Assembly (NCBI GenBank): GCA_963734535.1
Contig: CAVTHS010000008.1
Span: 320,001 to 384,000, forward strand
Source: an uncultured Chloroflexia bacterium
GTDB taxonomy: Bacteria; Chloroflexota; Limnocylindria; Limnocylindrales; CSP1-4
DNA: 64,000 nt
Reading direction: 5' to 3'
Each line of letters begins with the position of its first letter. Position 1 is the stretch's first letter. The notes beneath the pieces are model-generated. The model was given only the letters and a program-made list of their open reading frames with translations. It had not been told where the DNA came from and ran no database searches. Shown in pieces: positions 61,750 through 64,000 of the stretch. Both the position numbers and the translations under genes were made by a program.

Positions 61750-62667
61750 TCAGCGAATCCCGGTGTCGTAGGAGAGATCGACGCGAACCCAGGCGCCGGC
61801 GCCGGGCGGCACGACCACTTCGATCGGCGCGGGCGCATGCATCAGCCCGGCCGCAGGGGCCGCCTCGACGCGCACGCTGCCGGCGGGGACGGCCATGCGG
61901 TACGAGCCATCCGGGGCCGTTGTCGTGCTGGCGATCTGGCCTCCCCCGGCGTCGCGAACGATGATCGTCGCCCCGCCGACGGGCTTCGGGGCGCAGCCGG
62001 GAAGGGGCGGGTTGCTCTCGACAGGGCATGTGGGGCCGGCGGTCGCCACGCCGACGATCCACGGCCCGCCGCTCGATGGGATCCCGACCGAGGGGGTGCT
62101 GGAAGCTCGTGGGGTCGGCACGAGTGTCGGGCGTGGCGTGGGTTGCCGGGTGAACGTCGGGGGCACTGTCGGAGAGAGCATCGGCGACACCGTCGGAGCG
62201 GGCGTCGGGCTGGCCTGCGCCAGCGCGCTCGGGGCGGGCTGGGCGCTCGCGATCGGGCCGCTCGCCGCGGGAAGCGCATCACCGGCCTCGCTCACCTTCG
62301 AGGCAACCCCATCGGACGTCACGGCGTACACCCACGTGTGGTGGGAGATGCAGCCGGCCGGACAATCGCCCCAGCCCACCTGGACCGTGACGCTCCAGGC
62401 GGGCGCGGCCGGCATGACCTCGTACCACGAACCCTGGCCGACCATGCCCGCGTCGCGCGGGCCGATCCCGGCGAAGCGGGCGTCCAGCGCGACGACGATT
62501 GCGGCGGCTTCGGATGCGGTGATCGCGCTGGCGCGAGCCGTCGGCGTGACGGCCGGCGTCGAGGTCGGAGCGCCGGGGCTCCCGGCGGCCGGGGCGCTGC
62601 ACGCCGCGACCACAAGCCCCACGATGAGCAGGCTGGCGAGTACGGCAGGTCGGGATGGGACGCGCAC
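61750..62667 (-). CDS. Two-domain Cys-containing lipoprotein (C-terminal carboxypeptidase-regulatory-like fold)
   Basis: Lipobox VAAC; GWGDCPAGC; Pro/Thr linker; GPTCPVE..C; YDTGIR. Confidence 0.75.
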   Translation of the reverse strand: MRVPSRPAVLASLLIVGLVVAACSAPAAGSPGAPTSTPAVTPTARASAITASEAAAIVVALDARFAGIGPRDAGMVGQGSWYEVMPAAPAWSVTVQVGWGDCPAGCISHHTWVYAVTSDGVASKVSEAGDALPAASGPIASAQPAPSALAQASPTPAPTVSPMLSPTVPPTFTRQPTPRPTLVPTPRASSTPSVGIPSSGGPWIVGVATAGPTCPVESNPPLPGCAPKPVGGATIIVRDAGGGQIASTTTAPDGSYRMAVPAGSVRVEAAPAAGLMHAPAPIEVVVPPGAGAWVRVDLSYDTGIR

Positions 62668-62727
62668 GGTTCGATGACGGTAACGCCGTCGGCGCGGTTC
62701 CGCACGCGGCGCGGTTCCGCACGCGGC

Positions 62728-62763
62728 GTGCCGTTCGGCGACCGGTTCGGATCCGAACGGCCG
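62728..62763 (+). promoter_or_regulatory. Tandem degenerate DosR-like boxes
   Basis: GTGCC-GTTC-GGCGA and GATCC-GAAC-GGCCG, 22 bp apart; the proximal one lies 23 nt from -10 TACCGT. Confidence 0.45.
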
Positions 62764-62813
62764 TCTCGCGGGTCACCACGGCGACGTACCGTCGGGGCGC
62801 TGGAGGTACGCAC

Positions 62814-63335
62814 ATGCACGGACGATCGCGCCGCCCCGGGCCGCCGCTTCTCAGCGTGCCCGCACCGGCGCCGGCGCCGCCGATCCCTGCCGGGCCGGCG
62901 AGCACGGCGATCCCACGGCGATGGCCTTCCGTCGAACCTCCCCGTGCCCCCGGCCAGCGGACCACGAGTCCAGGAGCGACGGGCGCGACCGTGGCCACGC
63001 TGCCCCATCGCCCATCCGGCGGCGCGGTGGTGCATCTCGGCGGATCGGGAGCGCGGGTGGCCCGCGATCGGGTGGCCGGCGGCGCCGAGATCGTGTCCGT
63101 CCCGCGGCGGTCGCGAGCGCGCAGCCCGGAGCCCTACCTGGTCCGGATCCTCCACGCGGTCGGCGACCGCTCACCCGTCGTGATCGCCGGAATCCCGGAC
63201 GAACGGACCGCTCTCGAGCGTGAGTACGTCCGGATCGGCCATCACCCCGAACGATTCGTCGAGGACCCGCACCTCGATGCAGCCGACGGCGCGCTCCGCG
63301 CGCGCCTCCGGGCGCTTCGCTCGCACCCCGGCTGA
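62814..63335 (+). CDS. Hypothetical protein, possibly eRF1/baeRF middle-domain-like
   Basis: GGAGGT RBS; YLVRILHAVGDRSPVVIAGIPDERTALEREYV. Confidence 0.55.
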   Translation: MHGRSRRPGPPLLSVPAPAPAPPIPAGPASTAIPRRWPSVEPPRAPGQRTTSPGATGATVATLPHRPSGGAVVHLGGSGARVARDRVAGGAEIVSVPRRSRARSPEPYLVRILHAVGDRSPVVIAGIPDERTALEREYVRIGHHPERFVEDPHLDAADGALRARLRALRSHPG

Positions 63336-63424
63336 CACGGCGTCGCCGGCCGGCGACGCTCGAATCGGGATCCGAACCACCCGCTTGATTCCGGGGCTGG
63401 ACCGGCGCGTCCCGCGCGGCCACA

Positions 63425-64000
63425 ATGGCGTCTCGCACCGGCGCTCGACCGGTGGGCTGGGGGGCCGGCATCACCTGACATGGGGATGGGACCGCAGTCC
63501 ACGCGGCCAGCTGCAGGGAACGGTCACGCCGGCGGCGCGGTCGTCCCCGCGAAGGTTCGGGCGCCACGCGTTCGGTGGCTGCCTCGCGAGCGCCTCGACA
63601 AGCTCCTGCCGCAGCTGTGGGCGCATCGCCTGGCGCTCGTCGTGGCTCCGGCCGGGTCGGGGAAGACCACCCTCCTGGCCGGCTGGGCCGCGATGTCCGA
63701 TCAACCGGTGGCGTGGTATCGGGCCGAGAGCACCGACGGGAGCGAGGCGGAGCTGGTCGCCTGCCTCGAGGCGGCCTTCGCACCGGCGATCGTCGACCTG
63801 CCGCGCGGGTGGACGAGCGTCGAGGACGCCGTGGCCGCGCTCGAAGCCGCCGCGACGACGAACGTCCTGCTGATCGTCGACGACCTCCACACGCTGACGG
63901 GGTCCCCCGCCGAGACTGCATTCGAGCGCTTCATCGACTACGCACCGCCGACGCTCGCGGTCCTCGCCGGCTCCCGGACATTCCCGCCCTTCAACCTCTC
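63425..64000 (+). CDS. MalT-like STAND NTPase regulator, N-terminal part (runs off the window; not in the ORF track)
   Basis: Manual translation: AKVRAP..RERL..LVVAPAGSGKTTLL..VAWY..LLIVDDLH..LAGSR. Confidence 0.88.

Overview
A very GC-rich (visually about 72-75%) bacterial chromosomal segment. Gene content and style suggest a monoderm soil or sediment organism, probably Chloroflexota (Limnocylindria-like); this is inference only. No rRNA, tRNA, CRISPR array, integrase or transposase was recognised. About 15 apparent single-base frameshifts, nearly all in the first 28 kb, look like long-read assembly errors. Content in order: MarR plus an RND efflux pump, a YcaQ-type glycosylase, CAP protein, OsmC, a phosphotriesterase homologue, an amino-acid ABC importer and MMPL; an ArsR-DsrE-TusA-DsrE2-TusA-SQR sulfur-relay operon; hypFCDE; a four-subunit 2-oxoacid:ferredoxin oxidoreductase; receiver-nifJ-DHOD-like genes; acetyl-CoA hydrolase/transferase; a NEW3/ABC module; a DosS/DosR-like two-component system; a two-domain multicopper oxidase plus USP; an ~870 bp repeat island; ALDH, aminotransferase and GctAB-like genes; fabI; a Nur-like Fur protein with a fused NikMN-Q and NikO nickel importer; ABC exporters; a CopC-like cluster; and a truncated MalT-like regulator. 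The main finding is a 14-bp GGG(A/C)C-N4-G(G/T)CCC-like palindrome, matching DosR/OsdR boxes, that lies 23-24 nt upstream of a candidate -10 hexamer at eight promoters. This suggests a locally clustered DosR-type hypoxia regulon covering hydrogenase maturation, ferredoxin-based fermentation, sulfur relay, a laccase, USP, a possible ribosome-hibernation factor and a 21-codon ORF.
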